From positions 50,282,001 through 50,346,000 of the forward strand of contig OZ024745.1 of the NCBI GenBank assembly GCA_964016885.1: a stretch of DNA of 64,000 nucleotides. Direction: 5' to 3'. Position 1 is the stretch's first letter; the number at the start of each line of letters is the position of its first letter. Both the position numbers and the translations under genes were made by a program. The stretch is from Eledone cirrhosa. Taxonomy: Eukaryota. The notes beneath the pieces are model-generated. The model was not told where the DNA came from. It ran no database searches and saw nothing but the letters and a program-made list of their open reading frames with translations. Positions 26,120 through 41,138 of this stretch are shown here, piece after piece.

Positions 26120-26825
26120 TCTCTATTGTGTCCACCGGGGCCGTGGGGCGGCCAGCGCGTGGGACTCCATTTGCTCATAATAGTGGGAGATGTGGAGGGC
26201 AAGAGAGTCGGAGTCGGAGGCGATGCCTGTGGGAGTTTTACTCCTTCCCCTCTGTGTTCGGACCTGGTGGATATGTGTGTATATGTTTACTCTATCGGCC
26301 TTAATATACCTTACTGGAGATTGTATTTAGTGTTTGACTGATCTGGCAATTAACTGAATTAGTCCTCAATTACCCTGCACCACGGCCATCACCATCACCA
26401 TCACCATCACCATCAGCTCATAACTTGCTTTGCAATTTTTCACTTTTAATAAACAGAGGCATGATTGAAACAGTCCAGCACAGCACAGCACCTTCGATGA
26501 GATTCGAACCCGTACTGATTTCCGAATAAACATTCTTTTATCAACTCCTCGATTCTCTATAAGTTCTACTGCAGGGAGCATTCTGTATAGCGAATCGTAA
26601 AAGTAAAGGACGTCTTTAAAAGTAAAAGTCTTGCCGCATTGGTTTGTGTGTTTGTCATTATGGCAGCCGATGATGGTGTGACACTGTATCTTTAAAGGGA
26701 TGAAGGAAGGGGTGTAAAGTGTGGTGCCACCTGATAGTGAAACAACAACCATCATGTGTGTCTTTGTATGTATGTGTATTTATATATATATATGTGTGTG
26801 TGTGTGTATGTGTGAGTGTGTGTGC

Positions 26826-26867
<42 letters not shown>

Positions 26868-27015
26868 CTATTTATAGTTAGATAGATACATACATAGATA
26901 AAAAAGGAAAGAGGAAAGGTAGAAAGAATGGAGAAAAGAATCTAAAGAACAAGAGAGAAAGAGAGAGAGAGAGAGAAAGAGAGAGAGTGAAAGAGAGAGA
27001 GGGAGAGAGATAGAG

Positions 27016-27094
<79 letters not shown>

Positions 27095-27208
27095 CTATGT
27101 TCGCGCGTGCGAAGCAACGAACAAGAACTAGCAAGTCTCTCTCTCTGTTCTCTTTCTTTTTCTCGCCGTCTCTCTTTGTCACCTTAGCACGCACACACAC
27201 ACACAGGC

Positions 27209-27252
<44 letters not shown>

Positions 27253-27362
27253 TATACATACATGTACAGACAGTTGTAGACACTCACGTACAAATTGACA
27301 TACACATATTCACACATTGGAACACACACATACACACAGACACTGACACACACTGACACACA

Positions 27363-27461
<99 letters not shown>

Positions 27462-27583
27462 GAATATATCCACACAGTTAGAATACGAGAAACCACCACA
27501 GTGGAACTGGTGAAATAGTGAGTAGCTACAACTTCAGTGTGCAGCAATAAAGGTAAGTTGTTACACAGTTTACTTGCATTTTC

Positions 27584-27629
<46 letters not shown>

Positions 27630-27816
27630 TTATCTGTCTACCTACCTATTTATCTATCAGTCTATCTACACACACACACACGCACACACACATATACATA
27701 TATATATATCCGTATGTGGTTGACGGCTGAGAGAAAGGAGTACTCAATACCGATGAACTTGTGATAAACATGCGAAACTCTAGAGTAACAAGACTCACTT
27801 TTTAGCCTTAATATAA

Positions 27817-27906
<90 letters not shown>

Positions 27907-27953
27907 CTACAACACACACATACACATACATATATACATCTATATAAATATTT

Positions 27954-27984
<31 letters not shown>

Positions 27985-28040
27985 CACACATACATACATA
28001 CATACATACATACATACATACATACATACATACATACATA

Positions 28041-28458
28041 CATGGTGGCTGCCAACTCGTTTTCGCGTACGGCCACTACTTTATATCCATGTAGGAGAAC
28101 CCCTACCGATGCGCTGAATATGTCTGACTTTTTAGTCCAGCCTGCGACTTGAAAACTCTGGTACAAACACTACACCTGTGACAATTATTGACACATAGTG
28201 CTGGGCCCATGGTACCATGTGACGACAAGTGCAGAGAGATCTCCAGATATAAAGCAATGCCTGTGCCGTGAAGCTTTTATAGTGAGCAAAGGCACTGCAC
28301 AAAGCCAGTACCACTCTCTTAACCAAGATGATATTTACCAAAAAGAAGAACAAGTCAACATCATTGGATACCATCAGGGTTGCAGGTGTTATATCAGAGT
28401 TTTCCTTCTCCTAGAATTCTGCCTTGACAAAGGCTAAGGGGTCATCTCTCCCAGTGAC
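28041..28458 (-). mobile_element. Family T1 (TGTA)n-tailed element
   Basis: Reverse complement of 2380-2790, with (TACA)n on both sides. Confidence 0.8.
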
Positions 28459-28503
28459 ATACATACATACATACATACATACATACATACATACATACAT
28501 ACA

Positions 28504-28534
<31 letters not shown>

Positions 28535-29800
28535 CTGCCTAAATATTAGTGCGTGTGTTTATTCTCTTAATATGTATATATAAACATATGGTATATTCAA
28601 TCAGAATCCTTCTGGCCATGTTTATCCATATCATCTTCTTTTCAATAATATCAGGAATTATATTATGTAAAGGGTAGATTTTGGCTGCTATTTCCTGCAG
28701 CTCGAGCAACCGCCTCGGTGGTTTACGTGATGATGATGGATCCTCCGTCGCTTTCGGCGATGAGGAATCAGTTGTACGATCTGAACGTCCAGCTTGTGAA
28801 TTAACGTGTATTTGAAACATTTTTCCACAGACACGTGTAGCCTTAATGTAATACCCAAAACGAATCAGTGTACCAAGTTGTGTGACAAAACAGGACATTT
28901 TCATTACGGATACAGATCATTTTATAATATAGTGTAAATGATTGAGTATTCCACAGACACGTGTACCGATAACGTAATTCTCAAGGCAAATCAGCGTGGT
29001 ACTGCGTGTGATAGGTCGTGAAATTTGAATTACGGATGCAGTACATCCAACGGGCTTCCGCACAGTTTCTGTCTACATGATTTCACTCACACGGCTTGGC
29101 AAACTAGAAGCTGTGGTAAAAGCACTTGGCCAAGATATCACGTTGAGGGATCGAACCACGTGATCGATCTCTTGACTGAGCTGTCCTGTGATGAAAGGTA
29201 GCCATGCAGTTACCATCTTATCATGAGTAGTTTACCTTCAGCTATATCATCCAATGTGACATTATTTAAATACGATAGGGAGTAGTTTGAAGAACCATAT
29301 AGTTACTATTTCTAGCATATTGACAGACTAAATATAGGCACCATCGTTGGTTAAGTGCCACTGTTATTTCTACCGACTGTAAAAGCAGCGGACAAAATAT
29401 TTTGCAGTATTTTTCCGGCTCTTTACGTTTTAAGTTCAAATTCTACCGATGCCAAATTTGTCTTTCATCCTTCCTGGGGCTGATGAAATAAAGTATCAGT
29501 CCTGAATGGTGGATTGGCGGAATTGTTAGAACGTCGGACAGGATACCTTGCGGTATCTCTTTCGGCCCTTTGTGATTTGAGTTGCCTTTGACGAGACTGG
29601 TGCCAATCTGTATCAGTTTTGCCTTAGCATGGGGCAACATCATACATAATGACTACACTGCTGCGAACTTGGATAACGTCTATGGTGTAGCCTGCATGCA
29701 TAGCCGAGTGTTGGTCTTCCACAAAATACCCTGCCCAGGCTTGTGCCTCGTAGAAGCCAAATCGACGGTCAGTCATGACAAGGAGAACTCTCATATATAC

Positions 29801-30009
29801 ATATATATACTAATGGAAGTACAGCATATTCGAAGCTCGAGCCGCAGCTAAGCCGACGAATGCATTCAGAAGTGCAGCCAAGCACGCGACAAGGTATAAA
29901 ACCTTAGAGTAATAATATACAGTTTAAAGGGCTTTGCTAATTGAAGATAGCGACCGGTAATTCAGCCGCGGGGACCGTAGCAACGAAAGAACTGACTCGC
30001 GAGAAAAAA

Positions 30010-30040
<31 letters not shown>

Positions 30041-30393
30041 CAGGAGCGAAGGGTGCGTGCATGAAACGCATGCAGTTCATGCGTTATAGAATCTTGAGTT
30101 AATCAATTGCGTCGGTTGAAGCAAGCAGAATTTTGGCTGCTTGCTAAATTGTAGACACATAAAAAGATAACACACACACACACGCGCACACACACACACA
30201 CACACTAGATAACACTACATGCAGCTTTGACTGGGAGGGTCATTTAGAGGGAATTGGGGGGGGGGGCTGCACAGCCCCACTTTCCGCCATGGCGATTGGA
30301 CTGCAAGCCCTGCTTTCCAGGTTACCTTTCGCCACTGTTATATATATATATAAAAAATACCTTATCCCGTGCAACGCCGGGTACCACTGCTAG
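29801..30393 (+). mobile_element. Probable Helitron-like element sharing the H1 3' terminus
   Basis: ATACCTTATCCCGTGCAACGCCGGGTACCACTGCTAG|T matches 931-967. The 5' boundary (TATATACTAAT) is tentative. Confidence 0.5.
30041..30337. mobile_element. Putative MITE with imperfect CAG-GCG terminal inverted repeats
   Basis: Left end CAGGAGCGAAGGG; right end (reverse complement) CAGTGGCGAAAGG; inserted in (TA)n. Confidence 0.4.
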
Positions 30394-30745
30394 TTTATAA
30401 TAAAAGATTCTTTTTTATATAAAATTATATTATTAGAAGGCTTTAATTTAAAATAAAAAAATGGCGTAGACATACAACACAACAGGAGGAACAATGAATA
30501 TAACACCACTGACGATGTTGCAGATGTGCAACGAAAGATTTATGTAAATTATGTAAACTATATATATGTGTTTGTGCCTATATTGTATCTGTATTATTTT
30601 TGACCGCCGGTCAGTCAATGGCAACATTGAGGACCGAGTAAGTTAGATCGCAGATATAAAAGACAGCGAGAAGCGAAAACCAACAGTGAGTGTGTTCTGT
30701 TATTAATTCTGGCAATATTACGCAAATATGACCCTCCCCAAATAT

Positions 30746-30820
<75 letters not shown>

Positions 30821-31059
30821 GTGTGTGTGTATGTGTGCTGTCACTTGTCAGCTTTGATTCAGTAGATAGACCTCATGGCAGTCAAATTAGTCGGTTTGAC
30901 AACCAGGTGTGACCCACAAAGGTAATTTATCTTTCTTTCATATATATATATATATAAATAAAAATAGACCGAGAAACAAGAATGTCCGTCATCAGTAACC
31001 TGCTGATTATCATTGGGATTTCTTCGCATTAAAGACTACACACTATATATATATATATA

Positions 31060-31150
<91 letters not shown>

Positions 31151-31192
31151 GTGTGCGCGTGTATGTATCTATGTATTTATGTATGTATATGA

Positions 31193-31406
31193 AGGTGTGG
31201 GGCTTTGTGGTATTCAATTCACAATCGTAAGGTCGTGAGTTCGATTGCCGGTGGCACGTTATGTCCTTGAGCAAGACACTTTGTTACATGTTGCTCCAGT
31301 TCACTCAGCTAGCAAAAATTAGTTGTGTCTGTAAATTCGAAGGGCCAGCCCTGTCACATTCAGTGTCGCGCTGAATCTCTCCGAGAACTATGTTATGGGT
31401 ACTCGT
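31193..31406 (+). mobile_element. SINE family B
   Basis: B-box GAGTTCGATTGCC and TGTCCTTGAGCAAGACACTTT..GCTCCAGTTCACTCAGCT. Confidence 0.7.
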
Positions 31407-31992
31407 GGTTTCTTGGTGAGGAGGGTGACTTTGGACATCCTGCAGGAATAAAAACAAAACCTGTCAAAGGGCAAATGAGCTCTTGAGAGTCAATGGCCAT
31501 CCAAAATCACCGGGAGAGATGACCCCTTAGCCTTTGTCAAGGCAGAATTCTAGGAGCAGGAAAACTCTGATATAACACCTGCAACTCTGATGGTATCCAA
31601 TGAGGTTGACTTGTTCTTCTTTTTGGTAAATATCGTCTTGGTTAAGAGAGTGGGACTGGCTTTGTGCAGTGCCTTTGCTCACTATAAAAGCTTCACGGCA
31701 CAGGCATTGCTTTATATCTGGAGATCTCTCTGCACTTGTCGTCACATGGTACCATGGGCCCAGCACTATGTGTCAATAATTATCACAAGTGTAGTGTTTG
31801 TACCAGAGTTTTCAAGTCGCTGGCTGGACTAAAAAGTCACACTCGTTCAGCGCATCGGTGGGGGTTCTCCTACATGGATATAAAGTAGTGGCCGTACTCG
31901 AAAACGAGTTGGCAGCCACCATGTATGTATGTATGTATGTATGTATGTATGTATGTATGTATGTATGTATGTATGTATGTATGTATGTATGA
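31407..31992 (+). mobile_element. Family T1 element, longest copy, with (ATGT)n tail
   Basis: Homologous to the other T1 copies; the tail spans 31921-31992. Confidence 0.8.
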
Positions 31993-32004
31993 TGTATGTC
32001 TGTA

Positions 32005-32745
32005 TGCGGCTCAGTAGTTACCGATGATGTTAATCTTTTCTTCTTTTCGGGTTATAGCTACTGTCGCTCAGAGAGTGGGATTGGCTCAGTGCACAGTCTT
32101 TCCTCACTTTCCTCACTTTAAAAAAAATCTTTGCGCACAGGCATTGCACGATGGCATTAATTAATAATTACTAATAATGGTATATCGTGCAATGGCCATA
32201 CTCGATAACGAGGGGGCAGCCATCATGTATGTTAGAAATAGTCGGGTTAGACACCCGATCGCACGGTTAAACCACTGGGAGTGAAGGACCTCTAGCCTTT
32301 GTCAGGGCATTCTTCTAGGAGAAGGCAACTCAGGAAACTGGGATAACCCCGATATAAAACCTGCAGCTCAGTAGTAACCGATGATGTTGATCTTTTCTTC
32401 TTTTCGGGTTACAGCTACTGTCGCTCAGAGAGTGGCATTGGCTCAGTGCACAGTCTTTCCTCACTTTAAAAAATATCTCCACGCACAGGCATGGCACGAT
32501 AGAATTAATTAATAATTATTAATAATGGTATATCGTGCAATGGCCATACTCGATAACGAGGGAGGCAGCCATTATGTATGTATGTATGTATGTTTGTATG
32601 TATGTATGTATGTATGTATGTATGTATGTATGTATGCATGCATGTGTGTATGTGTGTATGTGTGCACGATATCATTAATTGATAGTTATTAATAATGTTA
32701 TATCGTGCAATGTTCATACTAGATAACGAGGGGGCAGCCATCATG
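32005..32745 (+). mobile_element. Tandem cluster of a related subfamily T2 (three truncated copies)
   Basis: 32005-32230, 32235-32575 and 32660-32745 share ATATCGTGCAATG(G/T)(C/T)CATACT(C/A)GATAACGAGGG..GCAGCCAT-ATGT. The middle copy shares TAGCCTTTGTCA.GGCA..TCTAGGAGAAGG with T1. Confidence 0.7.
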
Positions 32746-32878
32746 TAAACCTCTCTAACGCGTAAGATACCCCTTGACAAGCATATCTCCAAATGTGTTG
32801 TTTTTTTTCTTCTCATTTTTCCCTTCCTTCCTCTTCCCACCCTTTATCTTTCTAATTTATCTTTTATTTCTAATTCTA

Positions 32879-32914
32879 TCTTCTGATGAAGGACTAATGT
32901 CCGAAACGTTAAGA
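32879..32914 (+). ncRNA. Minimal type I hammerhead ribozyme motif (family C)
   Basis: TCTT-CTGATGA-A-GGAC-TAAT-GTCC-GAAA-CG-TT-AAGA, with the palindrome AACGTT. Related but less intact copies are at 54401-54436 and 57963-57998. Confidence 0.78.
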
Positions 32915-33010
32915 CTTTTTTCCCGTTATATCAAGAGCTAAACTAATATATTTCTTCAATATACTGCGTCGTTTGTCTTGTTATTTCTGTTTACTTTTTA
33001 CACACACACA

Positions 33011-33058
<48 letters not shown>

Positions 33059-33184
33059 CACACGTACACACACACACACATGTATTGAAGAAACATAAGT
33101 ATATATATTATATGTATGCACATACATATACATACACATGTATACATATACCCAAACGCACACAAACACACACACACACACAGA

Positions 33185-33266
<82 letters not shown>

Positions 33267-33267
33267 A

Positions 33268-33505
33268 TATTAATTCAAAATATTAACAAAAATAGACATT
33301 CGTGTGATCAAGTATATTTTATTATACATATTTCAGTACCTCTGAAATATGTATAATAAAATATACTTGATCGCACGAATGCCTATTTTTGTTAATATTT
33401 TGAATTAATATTAATAACTCCGGAAAACCATTTTTGTGGAGTGCTTCTAATCTATTGTAAAACTTTATTCTTTGATTTAATCAATGAACCTTGTTTAACC
33501 TTTAA

Positions 33506-33515
<10 letters not shown>
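33268..33515 (+). mobile_element. Solo pLTR of the 7223-11230 PLE with a 68-bp fold-back
   Basis: 33342-33405 matches 11165-11230 and 33438-33510 matches the 5' terminus at 7223-7338. 33268-33336 is the reverse complement of 33342-33411. Confidence 0.78.
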
Positions 33516-33553
<38 letters not shown>

Positions 33554-33817
33554 TAAACAAGCTACTGATATATTAGGTATCGTTTGTTTTTACAGAATCT
33601 ATAGTACCAGTCAACACATCCCCAACACTGACTATATTAAACAATACAATGTACACGGTGTTTTAATTACTCTACAACACAGCACAACCTACACTCAACA
33701 GCAGCCATTACGATGTAATAAGCCTTACTACAGTTCCCATGTATGTCGTAAATTATCTTAATTTCTTGAAAGCCACAAACACGAAATATACCAGCCATGA
33801 CAGGAAAAATATACGAC

Positions 33818-33894
<77 letters not shown>

Positions 33895-34081
33895 TTATAT
33901 GTACATATATATATATGTATATATATATATATATGTGTGTGTGTATGTATGTATATATATATATATATACATAGATATATAGATATATATACATATATAT
34001 ATATATATGTGTGTATGTATGTATATATATATATATATATACATAGATATATATATATATATGTGTGTGTGTGTATGTATG

Positions 34082-34208
<127 letters not shown>

Positions 34209-34219
34209 CATACATACAT

Positions 34220-34252
<33 letters not shown>

Positions 34253-34794
34253 CATACACACATACATACATATATATGTATCTATGTAGGTATGTACATA
34301 TGTACGCATGTATGTATGTATGTATATATATATGTATGTATGTCTGTATATATGTATGCATGTATACATGTATATATGTATGTATGCATGTATGTATATA
34401 TGTATGTATGCATGTATGTATATATGTATGCAAGTATGTATGTTCATATGTACGTGTGTATGTATGTATGTACGTATGTATGTATGTACGTATGTATGTA
34501 TGTATGTACGTACGTATGTATGTATGTACGTATGTATGTATGTATGTATGTACGTATTTATGTATGTATATATGTATATATGTATGTATATACATAGTCA
34601 CACGTTAACACACACACACACTAATTACATCTCTGCATGTCAGTGGAAACTCACCTCTTCCTGTTTGGTTCAATATAGACACGATAAAAGGTTGGCCAGG
34701 AGAGATTGTGGTGGTGTTGAAACGGAGGAGGGGTGGCAAGGATTGATGTGTGTGTGTGTGGCGGGGGGGGGGGGGGGCAAGTGAGGTAGACGTA

Positions 34795-37700
34795 GGTGTG
34801 TGGTCAACAGTGGGTGGTGTGGTGTGTGGTCGGCAGTGGGTGGTGTGGTGTGTGTGGTCGACTGTGGGTGGAGTGGTGTGTGGTCTACTGTGGGTGTGTG
34901 TGGGGTTGTGGGTAACAGTGGGTGATGTGGTGTGTGGTCAACAGTGGGTGATGTGGTGTGTGGTCAACAGTGGGTGATGTGGTGTGTGGTCAACAGTGGG
35001 TGATGTGGTGTGTGGTCAACAGTGGGTGGTGTGGTTTGTGGGTAATAGTGGGTGGTGTGTGGGTACTGTAGGTGGTGTGGGGTGTGGGTAACAGTGGGTG
35101 GTGTGGTGTGTGGGTCAACAGTGGGTGGTGTGGTGTGTGGGTAACAGTGGGTGGTGTGTGGGTAACTGTAGGTGGTGTGGGGTGTGGGTAACTGTAGGTG
35201 GTGTGGGGTGTGGGTAATTGTGGGTGGTGTGGTTTGTAGGTAAGAGTGGGTGGTGCGTGGGTAACAGTGGGTGGTGTGGGATGTGGGTAACAGTGGGTGA
35301 ATAGTGGGTAACTGTAGGTGGTGTGGTGTGTGGGTCAACAGTAGGTGGTGTGGTGTGTAGGTAACAGTGGGTGGTGTGTGGGTAACTGTAGGTGGTGTGG
35401 GGTGTGGGTAACAGTGAGTGGTGTTGTGTGTGGTCTACAGTGGGTGGTGTGGGGTGTGGCTAGCAGTGGGTGGTGTGGTGTGTGGTCTACTGTGGGTGGT
35501 GTAGTGAGTGGGTAAGTGTGGGTGGTGTGGTGTGTGTTCAACAGTGGGTGGTGTGGTGTGTGGTCAACAGTGGGTGGTGTGTGGTAACTGTAGGTGGTGT
35601 GGGGCTGTGGGGAACAGTGGGTGGTGTGGTGTGTGGTCAATAGTGGGTGGTGTGGTGTGTGGTCTACTGTGGGTGGTCTGGTGTGTGTGTGACAGTGGGT
35701 GGTGTGGTGTGTGGACTACTGTAGGTGGTGTGGTGTGTGGTCAACAGTGGGTGATGTGTGGTTAACAGTGGGTGATGTGTGGGTAACAGTGGGTGGTGTG
35801 GTGTGCGGTCAACAGTGGGTGGTGTGGTGTGTGGTCAACAGTGGGTGGTGTGTGGTAACTGTAGGTGGTGTGGGGCTGTGGGGAACAGTGGGTGGTGTGG
35901 TGTGTGGTCAATAGTGGGTGGTGTGGTGTGTGGTCTACTGTGGGTGGTCTGGTGTGTGTGTGACAGTGGGTGGTGTGGTGTGTGGACTACTGTAGGTGGT
36001 GTGGTGTGTGGTCAACAGTGGGTGATGTGTGGTTAACAGTGGGTGATGTGTGGGTAACAGTGGGTGGTGTGGTGTGCGGTCAACTGTGGGTGGTGTGATG
36101 TGTGGGTAACAGTGGGTGCTGTGTGGGTAACTGTAGGTGGTGTGGGATGTGGGTAACTGTAGGTGGTGTGGGTGTGGGTAATTGTGGGTGGCGTGGTTTG
36201 TGGGTAACAGTGGGTGGTGTGGGATGTGGGTAACAGTGGGTGGTGTGAAATGTGGGGAACTGTAGGTGGTGTAGTGTGTGGTCATCAGTGGGTGGTGTGG
36301 TGGGTGGTCTACTGTGGGTGGTGTGGTGTGTGGGTAACAGTGGGTGGTGTGATGTGTGGTCAACAGTGGGTGGTGTGGTGTGTGGTCAACTGTGGGTGGT
36401 GTGATGTGTGGGTAACAGTGGGTGCTGTGATGTGTGGGTAACTGTGGGTGATGTGTGGGTAACAGTGGGTGGTGTGGTGTGTGGACTACTGTGGGTGGTG
36501 TGGTGTGTGGTCAACAGTGGCTAGTATGGTTTGTGGGTAACAATGGGTGGTGTGGTGTGTGGTCAACAGTGGGTGGTGTGGTGTGAGGTCAACAATGGAT
36601 GCTGTGGTGTGTAGTCAACAGTGGGTGGTGTGGTGTGTGGGTAATAAGAGGTGGTGTGGTGTGCGGTCAACAGTGGGTGATGTGTGGGTAACAGTGGGTG
36701 GTGTGGTGTGTGGTCAACAGTAGGTGGTGTGGTGTGTGGGTCAACAGTAGGTGGTGTGGTGTGTGGGTAACAGTGGGTGGTGTGTGGGTAACTGTAGGTG
36801 GTGTGGGGTGTGGGTAACATGTGTGTTGAGGTGTGTGGTCAACAGTGGGTGGTGTGTGGTCAACAGTGGGTGGTGTGGTGTGTGGTCAACTGTGGGTGGT
36901 GTGGTTTGTGGGTAACAGTGGGTGCTGTGGTGTGTGGATAACAGTGGGTGGTGCGATGTGTGGTCAACTGTGGGTGGTGTGTGGGTAACAGTGGGTGGTG
37001 TGGTGTGTGGGTAACAGTGGGTAGTGTGGTGTGTGGGTAACAGTGGGTGGTGTGGAGCGTGGTCAACAGTCGGTGTTGTGGGGTGTGGGTAACACTGGGT
37101 GGTGTGGTGTGTGGGTAACAGTGGGTGGTGTGGTGTCTGGGTAACTGTGGGTGGTGTGTGAGGTGTATGGGTAACAGTGGGTGGTGTAGTGTGTGGTCTA
37201 CTGTGGGTGGTGTGGTGTGTGGGTAACAGTGGGTGGTGTGGTGTGTGGATAACTGTGGGTAATTTGTGCGTAACAGTGGGAGGTGTGGTGTGTGGACTAC
37301 TGTGGGTGGTGTGGTGTGTGGTCAACAGTGGGTGGTGTGGTGTGTGAGTAACAATGGGTGGTGTGGTGTGTGGGTAACAGTGGGTGGTGTGGTGTGTGGT
37401 CAACAGTGGGTGATGTGTGGGTAACAGTGGGCGGTGTGGTGTGTGGTCTTCTGTGGGTGGTGTGTGGTCAACAGTGGGTGGTGTGGTGAGTGGGTAACAG
37501 TAGGTGGTGTGGTGTGTTCAACTGTGGGTGGTGTGGTGTGTGGTCAACAGTGGGTGGTGTGGTGTGTGGTCATCAGTGGGTGGTGTGGTGTGTGGTCCAC
37601 AGTGGGTGGTGTGGTGTGTGGTGTGTGGTAACAGTGGGTGGTGTGGTGTGTGGGTGGTGTGGTGTGTGGTCAACTGTGGGTGGTGTGGTGTGTGGTCAAC

Positions 37701-37935
37701 AGTGGGTGGTGTGGTGTGTGGGTAACGGTGGGTGGTGTGGTGTGTGGGTAACAGTGGCTGGTGTGGTGTGTTCAATTGTGGGTGGTGTGGTGTGTGGTCA
37801 ACAGTGGGTGGTGTGTGGGTAACTGTAGGTGGTGTGGTGTGTGGGTAACTGTAGGTGGTGTGGTGTGCGGTCAACATTGGGTGGTGTGGTGTGTGGTCAA
37901 CAGTGTGTGGTGTGGTGTGTGGTCAACAGTGGTTG
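34795..37935. repeat. ~3.1-kb GT-rich minisatellite (unit about GTGGTGTGTGG(G)T(C/A)AACAGTGGGTGGT, 26-27 bp)
   Basis: Continuous tandem array with variant units and an internal ~271-bp higher-order duplication (about 35508 vs 35779). Confidence 0.92.
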
Positions 37936-38207
37936 GTAGCTGGAGTTGGCATGCTAGAGAAACGGAATGATACAGTAACTAAGTGAGACAGTATATGTGA
38001 CAGGATAATTAATCTTATGTTCTAGACAACACAATAATGACATCACTACATACACACTGTAGTCAGGACTAATAAATGAACAGAAGGACGGTTTCTATAA
38101 CGTTCCCCTGCAGACAATCTAAACTATAATAAAGTAAGGAGCGCGGGACTGAGTACGGTTTATAAATTTTTATCCCATTAGTAAAATAAGTTGGATTACT
38201 TTGAATA

Positions 38208-38396
38208 AATAATTCTTTCTACTTTAGGCACAAGGCCAGCAATTACCCAGTGCATTACTGGTACTTTATTTTATCGACCCCGTAAGGATGAAAGGCAAAG
38301 TCAACCTCGGCGGGATTTGAACTCAGATCGTAAAGGGACGTAACTATGCTGGAAAGCATGGCGTCCGACCCTCTACCGATACTGCCAATCCACCGC
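38208..38396 (-). mobile_element. SINE family A
   Basis: Near-full-length reverse copy. Confidence 0.85.
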
Positions 38397-40443
38397 ATTA
38401 CATAATTTATCTACTAAATTTCGTGGCTGTTGATTAAATATATTTTATTTATTTAAAGATTCACTTCTTTAAAATTTCTGAAATGTCAACACTTCCGGTT
38501 GGCCATCGCTTAAATAAACATACTAATTTTCTGTCCCTAATTTTCTCCTACTGTAGTTTATATATAATATCGTTTTTTTTAATGTATCATGGATTACGTT
38601 ACTGATTAAATAAGACAGTGTAACACAGTCTTCGTTCAATTTCTGCTAGCCTCCATAACGAATGACGGTGAGCTCATTATTATGTCTGGCGATTTTAATG
38701 AACATGTTGACCCTACACGAAGGCCATAAGTATCATATGAAGCGCGTGGTACGATCAAGGTTCTTAGTGTTCTGTGGCGTAAGAAAACCTGTCACACACC
38801 TGAACCCCCACAAATCAGGTGGTCAAGCAAGATAGATAGACTTCAGGAAATCTGTTAACCACCTGATCACCTACCAATCAGGTGAACACACAAGCTAGAC
38901 AGACAATGTGTCGAATGAAGGTATGGAAGATGAAAGAGACTTCAGCTCAGAGAAGTACTTTAATGTTTCTAATTCTGATGATTTCAAAATGACCCCGTCA
39001 GATCAAAGTGAGAAAGACGATTTCAAAATGAGTACATATCACTTTAAAGTGGGGATAACTATTTCATAGTAAGCACGTGTCATTTAAACAAAATGCAAAC
39101 TTACTCAGAGAGAAAATGTTGACCTTTTGCCCGGGATCCTTGAACTAGCCACAAAGGAAAGAAAATACATTTTAAGAAAATCAACTTTGTAAAAATGAGT
39201 GCCTGATAAAAAAAGTAGGAAGTGCGCGACCTGCCTGAGGAAGGAGCCCCATGAGGTGGAATGGCTGATATAGTGGGTATCATTGGCTGTTCTCCGACGT
39301 GGCAATGTTTTCTCACAGCGAAAATGTAGCAGTGGTGACTCTATTATGAACAAAGTAAAAGGAAAAGCCTGATTTTTTGTTTGTATGTTTTTTTGTTACA
39401 GTCATTATAACATGCTTTCTGTTAGGCGGAGTGTGCAGCTTCTTAAATCTTTACAAGAACAAATTTTCTTAGGCACTGTGCAGCATCTAATCATTTAAGT
39501 TTTTTTTTTAATTTTTGTTTTGTTTTGTAATGCCTAGATAAATAACATCACGTGAACATTGAACAAATTAGACACAGTCAGCTCAGAGATTGGTATAATC
39601 GTGGATCAGTGCCATTGTCGTACTTACACTAGAAAATACTGGGAAATGTTACAACCACGAGATGTGATTTTCACCTCATTACTGATAAATTAACAAGCGG
39701 CTTCACATTGTTGAGATTACAAATGCTGTTACGATGTTATTTCATAGCTCTCTGTTTGTCCAGCTATCATAGTCAAATCTGTTTGTGTTAATCTCAATTT
39801 GAAATCACTATTCCCACTTTTAAATCGAAAAGCCTCATTTTAGAAATTTCTACAAATCAACATGCTGAGGGGCAACAGAACGTTGACGTGGCACGAATAA
39901 GAAATACATATTAATAAATAACGCAAAATCTATGTTGGGCTTCCGTCGCATCTGACGATGAGTGTTCCAGCTTATCGAACCATGGAACAGCCTATTCGCG
40001 AAATTAACGGGCAGGTGACTGAGCATCCCACAAACACGTGTACTTTGAACAGGGAGAGCTGAGTGAACTAGAGAAACGTGACCACTAAGCCACCCGCCTT
40101 CACATAAAATGTATAAATATTTGATAAGCATATATATATATATATTTTTTTTTTTAACTGAAGACTAGTTTATTGGCAATCAGTAGTATAGAACAGCCAG
40201 CAATACTCGCCATATTAGCTATTCCACCACACAGGGTTCCTTCTTCAGGCGGAATACACTCCTCCTCATTTTTTTTCTAAGGGGTTAATTGTTTCAAAGA
40301 ATTTTATCAAAAGATGTTTTCTTTACTTTACTTCTAGTTCAAGGACTTTGAACAGCGTGTCAACTCTGGTTCCAACACCCCCCCCCCTGACTCTTATCTC
40401 GACATTGCACACACACACACACACACGCGCACACACACACGCG

Positions 40444-40538
<95 letters not shown>

Positions 40539-40717
40539 TATGGATACTCATTATATATATATACAAATATCATACATGCAGATTATATAGACACATTATA
40601 CTAAAATATATTTTAAAATTATCTAGTGACTCGTATACGCATTTATCATCAAAGAGAAAGAAGGTTGTAAGAGAATGACAATATGGGAGAGAAGGGGAGA
40701 GAGAGGGATGAGAGGGG

Positions 40718-40768
<51 letters not shown>

Positions 40769-41059
40769 GTATATACATGTATAAACATATTTACATATAT
40801 CTATTATATATCCTAAAAGATTAAAAAGTCTCCCGAGTGAGTCATACAAACATACATACATACATACATACACACAAACGTACATACATATACACACACG
40901 CAAACATACATACATATACGCATACATACATGCATATACACACACATACCTACATGCATGCACCCACACATACATACATACTTGATGATGGCTGTCCCCT
41001 CGTTATCGAGTATGGCCATTGCACGAGAAAAAAAAATATATATATATATATACATACAT

Positions 41060-41138
<79 letters not shown>

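Noticed and set aside
31407-31490. Possible HDV-like ribozyme at the 5' end of T1 (hairpin followed by GGGCAAATG)
   Set aside because: P1, P2 and P3 partners could not be found, and the 41.9-kb copy has T at the would-be catalytic C. A longer consensus would be needed.
34964-37970. His/Thr/Pro-rich mucin-like or Trp/Cys/Gly-rich ORFs
   Set aside because: They are frames of the GT-rich minisatellite, and variable unit lengths shift the frame constantly.
38660-38715. GELIIMSGDFNEHV, similar to a LINE endonuclease motif
   Set aside because: Too short to delimit an element with confidence.
39230-40255. Related CTGAGGA/CTGAAGA-AGGA..hairpin sequences at 39230(+) and 40250(-)
   Set aside because: They could be HHR 5' halves, but GAAA and a valid UH site are missing in both copies.
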